NCBI GenBank assembly: GCA_963977415.1
Contig: CAXBOS010000007.1
Span: 89,851 to 153,850 of the forward strand
DNA: 64,000 bases
Direction of reading: 5' to 3'
Source: an uncultured Schleiferiaceae bacterium
GTDB taxonomy: Bacteria > Bacteroidota > Bacteroidia > Flavobacteriales > Schleiferiaceae
Part shown: positions 1 through 9,501 of the stretch, piece after piece
How positions within the stretch are numbered: position 1 is the first letter of the stretch
Layout: each line of letters begins with the position of its first letter
Program-made: the position numbers and the translations under genes
The notes under the pieces: generated by a model
Databases searched by the model: none
Seen by the model: only the letters and a program-made list of their open reading frames with translations
What the model was told of the DNA's origin: nothing

Positions 1-1
1 T

Positions 2-541
2 CCTGATCTTTTAAACGGTGTTGATAGCATTCTATACAACGGTGAATTAAGTCAAGTACAATCGGTGCAAAATGCTGCTAGTGCCAATGTTTATGGCTTG
101 CAGCTAGGGCTGGATTGGCAGATTGATAATCATTTCGTTTTACGCAACTCCTTTAACTGGCAAAGAGGTGAGGAAGAGGATCAAGATGGCAATATAGGTC
201 CATCGCGCCATGCCGCACCCTTGTTTGGTATTAGCCGTTTAAGCTTTGAAGATAAAGCTTTGCGTTTAGAGCTCAATTTACAATATAGTGGAGCAGTTAA
301 AGCCGAAGATTTAAACTTTGAAGAACAAGGTAAAGCCTATATCTATCAATTAGACGAAAACGGGGAAGTTTACTCACCTGGCTGGTACACCTTAAATTTT
401 AAAAGCAGCTATCAGCTTAATGAAAGCTGGAGCATTAATGCTGGAGTTGAAAACATCACCGATCAGCGCTACCGCCCATACAGTAGTGGTTTGGTAGCCG
501 CGGGGCGAAATTTCATCCTTGGCGTTCGAGCTCAGTTTTAA
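2..541 (+). CDS. TonB-dependent receptor / outer-membrane beta-barrel, C-terminal fragment (5' end outside window)
   Basis: The frame is open from nt 2 with no stop before the listed GTG at 65. The C-terminus ENITDQRYRPYSSGLVAAGRNFILGVRAQF ends in an aromatic F, as in TBDR barrels. A hairpin terminator follows. Confidence 0.75.
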   Translation, partial: PDLLNGVDSILYNGELSQVQSVQNAASANVYGLQLGLDWQIDNHFVLRNSFNWQRGEEEDQDGNIGPSRHAAPLFGISRLSFEDKALRLELNLQYSGAVKAEDLNFEEQGKAYIYQLDENGEVYSPGWYTLNFKSSYQLNESWSINAGVENITDQRYRPYSSGLVAAGRNFILGVRAQF

Positions 542-544
542 AAG

Positions 545-572
545 AAAAGGTCGGTTAATACCGACCTTTTTT
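545..572 (+). terminator. Rho-independent terminator
   Basis: The stem aaaaggtcgg (545-554) pairs with ccgacctttt (561-570) across a 6-nt loop and runs into a T tract. Confidence 0.6.
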
Positions 573-621
573 CTATTTTGCCAAATAAAAATAGCTGAAT
601 TTCTAAAGTAACATATATAAT

Positions 622-1161
622 ATGAATATAAATAAATTTTTAAAATACCCTATACTTTTAATAGCCTTATTACTTTTAAGCGCCGGCAATGAAGAAAACA
701 CTAATCCTAGTTCTTTAAAAATTACAGGAAATGGAAATAACCAATATTTATTAAGTATTGAAGATGACCAAACCTCCAATTCGAGTAAAATTCTTACTGT
801 TAATCAAAACGGAATAATTCATATCGGTAAATCACTTAAAAGAAGTGAAAAAGCCTCAGACGGCTACCTCCTTTACGTAAAAGATGGAATTCGGACAGAA
901 AGAGTAAAAGTTGATATTGCAAATAAAGCAGGTTGGGCAGACTACGTATTTGAAAAGGACTATAATTTATTAAGCATTGAGGAACTGAAAGAATATATTC
1001 ATAAAAACAAGCATCTCCCTGGCGTTCCATCTAGTTCTGAAGTAGTTGAGAATGGCTTAGAGCTGGCTGAATCAAACCGAATATTACTTGAAAAAATTGA
1101 GGAACTGAACCTCCATATTATCGCTTTAAATGATAGACTTTCAATACTTGAGGCAAATTGA
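622..1161 (+). CDS. Secreted hypothetical protein with C-terminal coiled-coil module
   Basis: It has an N-terminal signal peptide (LKYPILLIALLLLSAGN). The C-terminal block GWADYVFEKDYNLLSIEELKEYIHKNKHLPGVPS is followed by a heptad-like LLEKIEELNLHIIALNDRL. The stop overlaps the next start (aTTGA). Confidence 0.55.
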   Translation: MNINKFLKYPILLIALLLLSAGNEENTNPSSLKITGNGNNQYLLSIEDDQTSNSSKILTVNQNGIIHIGKSLKRSEKASDGYLLYVKDGIRTERVKVDIANKAGWADYVFEKDYNLLSIEELKEYIHKNKHLPGVPSSSEVVENGLELAESNRILLEKIEELNLHIIALNDRLSILEAN

Positions 1162-2549
1162 ATAAATTTCTTTCAACCTTAATCACATGCATTATCTTGT
1201 TCAATGGCAAAAACGTTTTTGCTCAAACTGACTGCGGCTTAAAGACTGTTATCATTTCAGAAGACAAGATGTTAGATTGGAGTTTGCCAGAAGTAATTGT
1301 TTTTCAAGATAGTTTTAATCTGGCATCCTTAGATCAAAATTTATGGGGGTTTGGCTTCCCATGGGGAAAAATGCTCAACGGTGAAGCTCTGGAAGGAATG
1401 GCCGAAGAAAACCTCGAAATAACTAATGGTGAGTTAATCATCAAAACTGAATATCGCCCTCGAGAGTTTGACCGTTTCATCTTTAATGATCAGGGAGAGT
1501 TAACTGGTACAGAACCAGTTTTAAGAGAATATTCAAGTGCTGGAATATTTTCACGGATCGAATTTACTAAGGGTAAATTTGAAATGGATTACACCATTGA
1601 AGAAATAACGGCCCAATGGCCAGCTTTCTGGTTATTAGGAGATTGCCAGCAGGAAGTCGACATCTTCGAATACTTCTATGGAAAAAGCATTCTACATAAC
1701 AATTGGACGAAGGAAATAACATACACCCTTCATCAAGATTATAATTGCAATGATCCCGACAAATGTATGTTGGTGAAAACTAAATACTTGGACGATGGAT
1801 TCTATAATGAACAAATTAAAAGCAAATTAAGCTGGGAAACTTCTCAATTAAGGTTCTATAACAACTCGGAAGAACCTGACTTTGTGCATTACAGATGGAG
1901 AGACTTTAGTTACAGAGCCATCGCCTATCCACAGAAAGGCGACGTACTTTATCAGTCTAGTTTCTTTCCATTTGACAGACCAATGAGACTATTGATTGGT
2001 CAAGGCGTGCATAAAAATATTGAAACCAAAATTGTAGATAATCCCCGCTACTTTAAGATCGATAATGTTACAGTATGGCAAAAGCTAGAGCCTTCTGGTA
2101 AATACCACTTAAACAAAAATTATCCTTATGATGAAACTTATGATGGAATTATAACTGCTGCTGAAGTTTCAATTAGCGATCGATCACCCTTTACCTTTAA
2201 ACCTTACTTGATCGTTCGTGTGATTGACCATACAACATTAAACCCCGGATTTGACTCAGAAAACAACTTATTAGACATAAAAGTTGTTGAAGGAAATGAA
2301 TTACGCTATCAACCGAAAAGTGAAGCCCTTAATCTAACACCTCATCAAATAGAAAGGCTTGACTTTTATAACTTTCAAGGAGATTTATGCTACTCTATGC
2401 AGAATTTAAATCATCCCATCCATGAAAAAGACAATCTTGTAAAAAGCGCATTAGCCGCAACAAATGAGTTAAACGGTCTATACATACTAAGAATTTCTTA
2501 CTCGGATGGCTCCACTGATACTGAAAAGCTTGGTTTCTTTAGACAGTAA
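1158..2549 (+). CDS. Glycoside hydrolase family 16-like secreted protein with probable T9SS C-terminal domain
   Basis: It has a signal peptide, the motif WPAFWLLG, and the GH16 catalytic pattern E-x-D-x-x-E (QEVDIFEY). The C-terminal ~80 aa (LYILRISYSDGSTDTEKLGFFRQ) resembles a Por sorting domain. The start codon is TTG. Confidence 0.6.
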   Translation: MNKFLSTLITCIILFNGKNVFAQTDCGLKTVIISEDKMLDWSLPEVIVFQDSFNLASLDQNLWGFGFPWGKMLNGEALEGMAEENLEITNGELIIKTEYRPREFDRFIFNDQGELTGTEPVLREYSSAGIFSRIEFTKGKFEMDYTIEEITAQWPAFWLLGDCQQEVDIFEYFYGKSILHNNWTKEITYTLHQDYNCNDPDKCMLVKTKYLDDGFYNEQIKSKLSWETSQLRFYNNSEEPDFVHYRWRDFSYRAIAYPQKGDVLYQSSFFPFDRPMRLLIGQGVHKNIETKIVDNPRYFKIDNVTVWQKLEPSGKYHLNKNYPYDETYDGIITAAEVSISDRSPFTFKPYLIVRVIDHTTLNPGFDSENNLLDIKVVEGNELRYQPKSEALNLTPHQIERLDFYNFQGDLCYSMQNLNHPIHEKDNLVKSALAATNELNGLYILRISYSDGSTDTEKLGFFRQ

Positions 2550-3940
2550 ATATTGAAGCTTGCAAATTTATCAACCAGTTCAAAAGATCCATGGCCAGTC
2601 TCAGGAACATAATCCTTAGTTAAAACGTACATTGAGACATCAGGATCAAAGCCATGAAAAGAACGCAGATCTACTCTGCCATAACGCATCATATAAGCCT
2701 TAAGAGACCAATTAAAAATAAGCTGATCTGTAACGTAAACATTTTCTTGAAAGTATTCTTTCGAAGCATAACTATCAATGTCATCTAACAGAGTCTCATC
2801 TCTTTTAGCTTTACCCCAATTAAACAAAGTTAAAGCGACCAATAAAATAAATAATGAAATGCTGATTAAATTTAGAATTTTATGATACGTCATTAATATT
2901 TTTTTCGCGGTTTTTTTCACCTGCGGTACAACCAAGAAGCTTAAACCTATTGCATAAAATGGAAAGCTTGTAGCTAAATAAAATGGACGTTGAACATAGC
3001 TAATAATCAAAGGCATTGAACCCGAAAAAGCCACTAGGCCAAAATATAGAGGCCACTTATAGTCAATAATCTTTTCCTTTCGCGTTTTCAAAAATAGAAT
3101 TAAGCCAATTAAAATAAGTGCAGGAATAAGCTGCATCAAAAGCTCCTTAACAATCCAAAAACGCGAATCAACCGTTGGATTATTACTTAGCCTTTCAGCA
3201 GTTCGAACAAATAAGTATTGACTGAAAAAATCCTTGGCTTTTGGAATTTGAACCAGCGCAAAACCTAATAGAGTACTACTTATTATTGTCATTACCCCAA
3301 TACCAAGTATTCTCTTTTCCTTAGAAATAACCGCATAATAGATAAAAGGAGTTGAAAGTAAAAAAACTCCTACTGGTCCCTTAATTAGAAAAGAAAGCAT
3401 AATAAATATAGCTAGACCTAAAGACGCAATTAACGGTTGAACTTCAGAGCGAAAACTACGCAATACCCACCAATTCGTAAAGAGTAAAATTGGGACAAGC
3501 TGAACTTCCATCATATTATGTCTAAAAGTCCAGAAAACCGTCGAGATTGAAAACCAAATGACGATTACAAACCAATAATGATACTTCGCATCCTTTCCTA
3601 GGACCTCTTTGATATTTAACCATATTCCTAAAAACGACAAAAGGAGACATGACAAAAGAAATATAGACTCAACCCAGAAGGAAGTTCCTAAAGCTTTAAA
3701 AAATAACGCCAGATTATATAGCCCAAGTGGCGGGTTTTCGTAAAACCCATCTAGCCCAAAAAAGTCCGCTCCATAAATTGGCCTCCAAAACTCACCTATT
3801 CCTTCAGCCATATTTAAACTGACAGCCGCATACATCTGACCATCCATAAACATGCCCCTCATAAATAGTGAAGGAACAACAAGGAGCAAGGCCAAGAGGG
3901 TACTTATGATATTTAAAGAGGGCTTCATAGATGGCCGCAA
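2498..3940 (-). CDS. Polytopic membrane glycosyltransferase (GT39/ArnT-like)
   Basis: This is a 480-aa protein with about 12 hydrophobic helices and a soluble C-terminal domain, the overall architecture of PMT/ArnT-type transferases. No strict motif was recognised. Confidence 0.5.
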   Translation of the reverse strand: MRPSMKPSLNIISTLLALLLVVPSLFMRGMFMDGQMYAAVSLNMAEGIGEFWRPIYGADFFGLDGFYENPPLGLYNLALFFKALGTSFWVESIFLLSCLLLSFLGIWLNIKEVLGKDAKYHYWFVIVIWFSISTVFWTFRHNMMEVQLVPILLFTNWWVLRSFRSEVQPLIASLGLAIFIMLSFLIKGPVGVFLLSTPFIYYAVISKEKRILGIGVMTIISSTLLGFALVQIPKAKDFFSQYLFVRTAERLSNNPTVDSRFWIVKELLMQLIPALILIGLILFLKTRKEKIIDYKWPLYFGLVAFSGSMPLIISYVQRPFYLATSFPFYAIGLSFLVVPQVKKTAKKILMTYHKILNLISISLFILLVALTLFNWGKAKRDETLLDDIDSYASKEYFQENVYVTDQLIFNWSLKAYMMRYGRVDLRSFHGFDPDVSMYVLTKDYVPETGHGSFELVDKFASFNIYCLKKPSFSVSVEPSE

Positions 3941-4127
3941 GATAACTTATATATTACCTTAATAAAATAGAACTAAATATGTAAGTTCTTAGTCTGGCAA
4001 CGAGGAAGAGCGATTAAAAATTTATTTGCGATAAACTTTTAATAGAGCCTCTTTTTATTTCCTACCAACTAAAACTTTTTTAGAACTATTCTGTCAAATA
4101 AGAGCATTTTAGAAGATCAACTTGCAC

Positions 4128-4135
4128 TAATTTTG
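4128..4135 (+). promoter_or_regulatory. Bacteroidota -7 promoter box (TAnnTTTG)
   Basis: TAATTTTG ends 4 nt before the ctaA ATG at 4140. No clear -33 TTTG is present. Confidence 0.3.
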
Positions 4136-4139
4136 CACT

Positions 4140-5174
4140 ATGAAAAAATGGCTAATTATCCTCAGTCGCATCGAAATTGCTCTCTTATTCTTGGTAATCA
4201 TTGCTGGCAGTGTGGTGCGTATGACCGATTCTGGGATGGGCTGCCCCGACTGGCCTAAGTGTTTTGGCCATTTAATTCCTCCCACGGAAAGAGCGCAACT
4301 AGATTGGCAACCCAATACGGAATTCCATAAAAATCAGATAATTATAGTTAACGAGGCCCTTTACACTGCCGTAGATGCCTTTACTACTGGTGAGGTTTAC
4401 AATGCAGAAAATTGGGCAAAATACACCAAGCACGATTATGCCATCTTCAATCCAATGCACACTTGGATTGAATATATTAACCGTCTGCTAGGCGCTTTAG
4501 CAGGCTTGCCCATGTTGGCACTTTTCTTTATTAGTTTAAGTTTTGTACGCAAAGATTGGCGCTACTTTGCTTTGGCTGCCGCCGGACTTTTCATGCTTGG
4601 TTTTGAAGCTTGGTTAGGTAAGTTGGTGGTAGATGGTAATTTAATTCCGGGAAGCATCACCATTCATATGTTGGGTGCTTTAATTTTAGTAGCCATCATG
4701 CTTGTATTTAATGGCTTAGCCTCTAAAGAAGTGATTAAACCCGTTCTTCATAGCAAGCGATTTCTTAGCCTAATGTTAATTGCCTTGGTATTTACGCTTT
4801 TGCAGATTACGCTAGGAACCCAAGTGCGCGAATTAGTAGATGGCTTGCATCAAAGCGGCGTAGAACGCAGCGAATGGATGGGGCAAATGGATATTTTCTT
4901 CTACATCCATCGTAGTTTTTCGATTCTAATTTTGGCCTTAAACATCTACCTCTGGTGGACAAATCGCAAAGATAATATGGGCTATTGGCAGTGGAATTGG
5001 GTAATGACTCTTTTAGGATTGGAAGTTTTACTAGGAATAATTCTCGCTTATTTCGACTTACCAAAATTTGCACAACCCTTGCATTTACTTTTAGCGGCTG
5101 TAATCTTTGCCTTTCAACTACAAGCGATAATTCATTTAGCTCTAAAAGGGCAATTAAGCCCGCTAAAGAGCTGA
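4140..5174 (+). CDS. ctaA: Heme A synthase (COX15/CtaA family)
   Basis: The N-terminal motif MTDSGMGCPDWPKCFG is present, with about 8 TM helices and conserved His residues in the helices. Confidence 0.85.
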   Translation: MKKWLIILSRIEIALLFLVIIAGSVVRMTDSGMGCPDWPKCFGHLIPPTERAQLDWQPNTEFHKNQIIIVNEALYTAVDAFTTGEVYNAENWAKYTKHDYAIFNPMHTWIEYINRLLGALAGLPMLALFFISLSFVRKDWRYFALAAAGLFMLGFEAWLGKLVVDGNLIPGSITIHMLGALILVAIMLVFNGLASKEVIKPVLHSKRFLSLMLIALVFTLLQITLGTQVRELVDGLHQSGVERSEWMGQMDIFFYIHRSFSILILALNIYLWWTNRKDNMGYWQWNWVMTLLGLEVLLGIILAYFDLPKFAQPLHLLLAAVIFAFQLQAIIHLALKGQLSPLKS

Positions 5175-5358
5175 TTTTGAACTAAGTTCATAGTCTCAGA
5201 TTTTCAATAAAAGGGACAGACTAGTCTGGAAGAAACAAATGCAGCGGGCTACAACAGCAAAGTTTCCTAACGGATTTATGCTTTTATTGGAAAAAACTTC
5301 TAAGCCTCTATTTAAAGAAGTATGAAACCCCGCTTCACCTTGACCTCAGCTTATAGGC

Positions 5359-5589
5359 TTAATCAGTTTCGCTAGGACCCTGCTCTTCATAAAGAATATC
5401 CATAGCTTTAAAGCTATCGTTTAAATTCACCTGCAATTTAACTTGAGTAAAGCTGATACTTGCCCCAAATATGGAATTTAAATTTTCATTAGAAAGGTAG
5501 CAACGAATTCCTTCCGACTCTAAACGAGCCTTAATTACATAGGCTTCATTTACATTATCGAACTCGGCGATGCTAACTAATTCTGCCAT
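5359..5589 (-). CDS. DUF2007-like small putative signal-transducing protein
   Basis: This 76-aa protein (NEAYVIKARLESEGIRCYL) has the ferredoxin-like pattern of DUF2007. It overlaps the gldD 3' end by 13 nt. Confidence 0.5.
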   Translation of the reverse strand: MAELVSIAEFDNVNEAYVIKARLESEGIRCYLSNENLNSIFGASISFTQVKLQVNLNDSFKAMDILYEEQGPSETD

Positions 5590-6149
5590 TTTAAACTTTC
5601 CATTAGGTGCTGCATTTCCCCTAGCATAAACTCATTAACCGGCTGTAAGGAATCGGCATTAGGAGTAGCATAATAGTATAAAACTCCCCTTAAGAAATGA
5701 TCCGTACTATCTGTTACGAAAAACTGCATGCTGGTAGCTGCATTGCCCTTTAACTGAAAGAGAATGCCGTAAACCTTATCCTCATCATTAAGGAAAAGTT
5801 TTTCTTCAATGCCATCGGCTTTTACCGTGTGCTCATAGGCAAGATTATGGCCCTCGGCGAGAAGCGTATCTAAATTAGACTCCGTAACCGCTTTGTAAGT
5901 TAACTGTAGTGTGGCTCTTAAGTTTGGATACTTTAAATCGTACCAACAGTTTTTCTTAGCTACTATTTTTGCTTGCTTGTTGTACTCAAAACTATAGTTA
6001 CAAGGAATCGAAGAGCTTTGATATTCTTTAGCAGGCGTCGCAATTCTAAAATAACCTTTTGGTTTAGGGCTATAATTGTTTTCACAAGAACTAAAAATCC
6101 CTAGCAAAATAGGGAACATGATAAAAATTCCTGTTTTAAATATCTTCAT
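5577..6149 (-). CDS. gldD: Gliding motility lipoprotein GldD
   Basis: It has a lipoprotein signal (FSSC), the motif PKPKGYFRIATPAKEY and a length of about 190 aa. It lies immediately downstream of gldE and overlaps it, as in Flavobacterium. Confidence 0.75.
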   Translation of the reverse strand: MKIFKTGIFIMFPILLGIFSSCENNYSPKPKGYFRIATPAKEYQSSSIPCNYSFEYNKQAKIVAKKNCWYDLKYPNLRATLQLTYKAVTESNLDTLLAEGHNLAYEHTVKADGIEEKLFLNDEDKVYGILFQLKGNAATSMQFFVTDSTDHFLRGVLYYYATPNADSLQPVNEFMLGEMQHLMESLKWQN

Positions 6150-7461
6150 CTAACAGAGTAACTTTAATCCGTTTTATTCTTCTACCCTCTAAGCTTTCTA
6201 CCTTAAAAAGGTAATTTTTAAAATTAATTTCCTCACTTACCTCAGGAAATTTACCCGCTACTTCTAAAAGAAAACCCGCTAAGGTATCTGCTTCAGCGGC
6301 CTGCTCTGCAAAATCACTTTCCTGCGCACTTACTACTTTAAAGAAATCGGTGAGGTGAATTTTAGCTTCAAAAACGTAGGTTTTTTCGTCTAGCTTTGAA
6401 TAGAATAACTCGTCCGTATCAAACTCATCGCTAATCTCGCCTACAATTTCTTCAATAATATCTTCTAGAGTTGCAATACCGGAAGTACCACCGTATTCGT
6501 CGACCACAATGGCCAAGTGAATTTTCCGCTCTTGAAACTCTCTTAACAAGTCGTCAATTTTTTTATTCTCGGGCACAAAGAAAGGCTCGCGCACCAATTC
6601 TTGCCAGGCAAAGTTGCTGCTAGCATTAATATGTGGCAGTAAATCTTTTACATAAAGAACCCCTTTAACTTGATCGAAGTTCTCTTCATAAACCGGAATA
6701 CGTGAATAACCTGATTCGAGAATGCCTTTCATTATTTTACCATACTCCCAGCTTATATCTACGGCCGTTACATCAATACGGGGTTTCATAATTTGGGTAA
6801 CATTGGTAGAACCAAATTTAACGATACCCGCTAAAATTTTCTGCTCTTCGTCGCTACTCTCTTCGTTTGAGGTTAACTCCAAAGCTTGACTTAAGTCATC
6901 TACCGAAAGGTTTTCGGACTTATGCTGTAAACGCTTTTCGATAAAGCTACTGCTGCGAACTAATAAAAAGCTCAGTGGCTTGCTTAACCGACGCAAAACG
7001 AACATAGGCTTAGACATTAACAAGCCGAAGCTAATAGCATTTTTTGTAGCATAAACCTTGGGCAAAACTTCGCCAAAAAGCAAAATCAAAAAGGTAATTG
7101 CAATTACCTCTACTGCGATTTTCAAATTTGGAGAATCGCCAAAATCAAAAAAGCTTTCACTTAAGTAAGAGGAGAGGATTACAATACCTACGTTGACGAA
7201 GTTGTTCCAAATTAGAATAGTGGCCAGAAGGGTTTTAGGGCCTTCTAATAAATTTGTGAGCGCGTCGTATCCCCCTTTATCAGCATCTTTTAATGTGTCG
7301 AGATCACGTGGTTGAATTGAAAAGAAAGCTACTTCGGAGCCACTAACCATGGCGGAAGCAAAAAGCAAAAGTACCAAGATAGACAAAGGCACTAAACTTA
7401 GTGGCTCAAAGGGTTTTAGAATATCTAAAAGAAACAAGAAACTCGAGGGGTCAGGATCCAA
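6136..7461 (-). CDS. gldE: Gliding motility-associated protein GldE (DUF21-CBS-CorC_HlyC)
   Basis: It has an N-terminal 4-TM DUF21 region, a CBS pair, and a C-terminal CorC/HlyC transporter-associated domain. The ssb-gldE-gldD synteny supports the call. Confidence 0.85.
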   Translation of the reverse strand: MDPDPSSFLFLLDILKPFEPLSLVPLSILVLLLFASAMVSGSEVAFFSIQPRDLDTLKDADKGGYDALTNLLEGPKTLLATILIWNNFVNVGIVILSSYLSESFFDFGDSPNLKIAVEVIAITFLILLFGEVLPKVYATKNAISFGLLMSKPMFVLRRLSKPLSFLLVRSSSFIEKRLQHKSENLSVDDLSQALELTSNEESSDEEQKILAGIVKFGSTNVTQIMKPRIDVTAVDISWEYGKIMKGILESGYSRIPVYEENFDQVKGVLYVKDLLPHINASSNFAWQELVREPFFVPENKKIDDLLREFQERKIHLAIVVDEYGGTSGIATLEDIIEEIVGEISDEFDTDELFYSKLDEKTYVFEAKIHLTDFFKVVSAQESDFAEQAAEADTLAGFLLEVAGKFPEVSEEINFKNYLFKVESLEGRRIKRIKVTLLDEDI

Positions 7462-7483
7462 ATTGTGGGTTCTTGGTTAATAA

Positions 7484-7954
7484 TCAAAAAGGTAGATCGT
7501 CCTCATCTTGACTCTGCTCTGCCGCTATATTTAGGGTAGAGCTCGATAAGTTAGATTCTCCATAAGATTGAGGTTTCGCGGGCGCGGTATTACTTTGATC
7601 ATTGGGACCAGAAGCACGCGAACCTAGCATAATAAGGTTATCCGTAACAATTTCGGTGGCATAACGTGTTTCCTTACTTGCCGGATCTTGCCAACTGCGC
7701 GAGCGTATGCGACCTTCGATATAAACTTTGTCGCCTTTTTTAAGATATTTCGAAACCACATCCACCAAACCACCACGGGCAATAATAGTATGCCACTCCG
7801 TTAACTCTACTTTTTCGTTTGCTTTATTGGTATAAGACTCTGAAGTTGCTATAGGAAACCGAGCTAAAGAACCGCCATTATCGAAATGCTTTACCTCGGG
7901 GTCGGTACCTAGGTTTCCGATGAGTTGTACTTTATTTAATGATCCGTTTGCCAT
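7484..7954 (-). CDS. ssb: Single-stranded DNA-binding protein
   Basis: It has an OB-fold N-terminus (LNKVQLIGNLGTDPEV), a disordered tail and the acidic tip DEDDLPF. Confidence 0.9.
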   Translation of the reverse strand: MANGSLNKVQLIGNLGTDPEVKHFDNGGSLARFPIATSESYTNKANEKVELTEWHTIIARGGLVDVVSKYLKKGDKVYIEGRIRSRSWQDPASKETRYATEIVTDNLIMLGSRASGPNDQSNTAPAKPQSYGESNLSSSTLNIAAEQSQDEDDLPF

Positions 7955-8009
7955 AAAATCTAATTCTTATCAAATATAGGAATTGAGAGGTAGAAATCCA
8001 CCTGCAAAA

Positions 8010-9080
8010 TTAAAAGGGCAAAGTTAGCTGTTTTTCATCCAAGAACTTGCGCAAGGGACGGGGAAATGCCAAATTATCTAAAGCACTTATTGGCAGCTGC
8101 TCCAGCGCATCAAAAGAGTCTAGTTCATTAAATTCCAATGCTTTAAAATGCCAAACTTTAATGTAGAGACTTTGATGCGATAGTTTGTGTAGAGGCAAGG
8201 TATAAACCCGATTTAAACTCCACAATTCCATAGGCAAGTTTTGTTCAGACAAGTAGTCTTGAAGCCCATCCTCTTCTAAGTTACTTTCCGACTCCAAAAG
8301 CGGAAACTGATAAAGGCCCTGCCAAATGCCAGTAGCACGTTTTTGAACCATTACATTTTCATCCTTTTCCAGGAAGAGGTAATTTAAATAACGCTTGCGA
8401 TCGTACGTTTTCTTTTCCTTGTAGGGCAATTGATTAACCAAATCATTTTTGAATGCTATGCAAGCATCATTAAAAACGCAATCTGCGCAAGCGGGATTCT
8501 TAGGCACACAAAATTGGGCGCCAAACTCCATTATTGCCTGATTATGGGTTGCTGGGTCTTGGGGATCTATGAAATCATCTGCCAATTTCTGGAAGAGTTT
8601 CTTGCCTTTTGTGCTATTAATCGGGGTGTTTTCTCCGAACAAACGACTTAAAAAACGAAAAACATTACCGTCTAAAACGGCTGCATTGATATTAAATGCA
8701 AAAGATGCAATGGCGGCGGCGGTATAATCACCCACACCTTTTAAGCTTTTAATTTCACTTAAAGTAGATGGGAATTCACCCCCAAATTCATCTACCAACT
8801 GCTTGGCACTATGATGCATATTTCGGGCCCTACTGTAGTAACCTAGCCCCTCCCAATCCTTTAAAACTTTTTCTTGAGGCGCATTTGCTAAATCCCTCAC
8901 TTCAGGATAATTAGTAATAAACTTAATATAGTAAGGTAGGCCCTGATTTACCCTGGTTTGTTGTAAGATAATCTCACTCAACCAGATGTGGTAAGGATCC
9001 TTAGTTTTACGCCATGGTAAATCTCTTTTATTCCATATATACCAATCGCGAAGTTTTGATCTAAGAGATGCTAAATCCAA
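8010..9080 (-). CDS. mutY: A/G-specific adenine DNA glycosylase MutY
   Basis: It has an HhH-GPD region (LKGVGDYTAAAIASFAF), a 4Fe-4S cluster motif C-x6-C-x2-C-x5-C (CVPKNPACADCVFNDAC) and a NUDIX-like C-terminus. Confidence 0.9.
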   Translation of the reverse strand: MDLASLRSKLRDWYIWNKRDLPWRKTKDPYHIWLSEIILQQTRVNQGLPYYIKFITNYPEVRDLANAPQEKVLKDWEGLGYYSRARNMHHSAKQLVDEFGGEFPSTLSEIKSLKGVGDYTAAAIASFAFNINAAVLDGNVFRFLSRLFGENTPINSTKGKKLFQKLADDFIDPQDPATHNQAIMEFGAQFCVPKNPACADCVFNDACIAFKNDLVNQLPYKEKKTYDRKRYLNYLFLEKDENVMVQKRATGIWQGLYQFPLLESESNLEEDGLQDYLSEQNLPMELWSLNRVYTLPLHKLSHQSLYIKVWHFKALEFNELDSFDALEQLPISALDNLAFPRPLRKFLDEKQLTLPF

Positions 9081-9153
9081 AATATTTGTTTTTGAGTGCT
9101 TTAGGCTATAAAATAAATCTAATTAAGCCTTTCGAGGTTCTAGAAAAGTACTT

Positions 9154-9161
9154 TATATTTG
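9154..9161 (+). promoter_or_regulatory. Bacteroidota -7 promoter box (TAnnTTTG) upstream of hup
   Basis: TATATTTG lies 42 nt upstream of the ATG at 9204. Confidence 0.35.
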
Positions 9162-9203
9162 CAGCCCTCAAAATTAGAGTTTTAACGTAAAAAATATACA
9201 CAA

Positions 9204-9494
9204 ATGACAAAAGCTGACATTGTAACCAGAATAACAGACAAAACAGGAATGGAGAAGTCTGATGTACAGGCCGTTGTGGAGTCTTTTATGAAGGAGGTTC
9301 GCAATAGTCTAGAAACTGGTGATAATGTGTACCTGAGAGGTTTTGGAAGTTTCATTATTAAGAAGCGTGCTGAGAAAACAGGACGTAATATTTCTAAGAA
9401 CACCACTATCATTATTCCTGCACACAATATTCCTTCTTTCAAGCCAGCGAAAACTTTCGTTGACTCGGTAAAGAAAAAAGTGAAAGTTGGTTAA
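9204..9494 (+). CDS. hup: HU family DNA-binding protein
   Basis: The pattern MTKADIV...LRGFGSFIIKKRAEKTGRN...IPAHNIPSFKPAK is the classical HU/IHF fold signature. Confidence 0.9.
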   Translation: MTKADIVTRITDKTGMEKSDVQAVVESFMKEVRNSLETGDNVYLRGFGSFIIKKRAEKTGRNISKNTTIIIPAHNIPSFKPAKTFVDSVKKKVKVG

Positions 9495-9501
9495 TTAGAC
9501 C

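Noticed and set aside
4127-4315. 62-aa minus-strand ORF overlapping the ctaA start
   Set aside because: It is antisense to the conserved CPDWPKCFG-encoding region of heme A synthase, and there is no independent support for it.
5577-9080. The mutY-ssb-gldE-gldD cluster as something unusual
   Set aside because: This is the well-known conserved synteny in gliding Flavobacteriia. It is useful for taxonomy but not novel.
9182-9442. 86-aa minus-strand ORF opposite hup
   Set aside because: It is a shadow ORF of the highly conserved HU gene.
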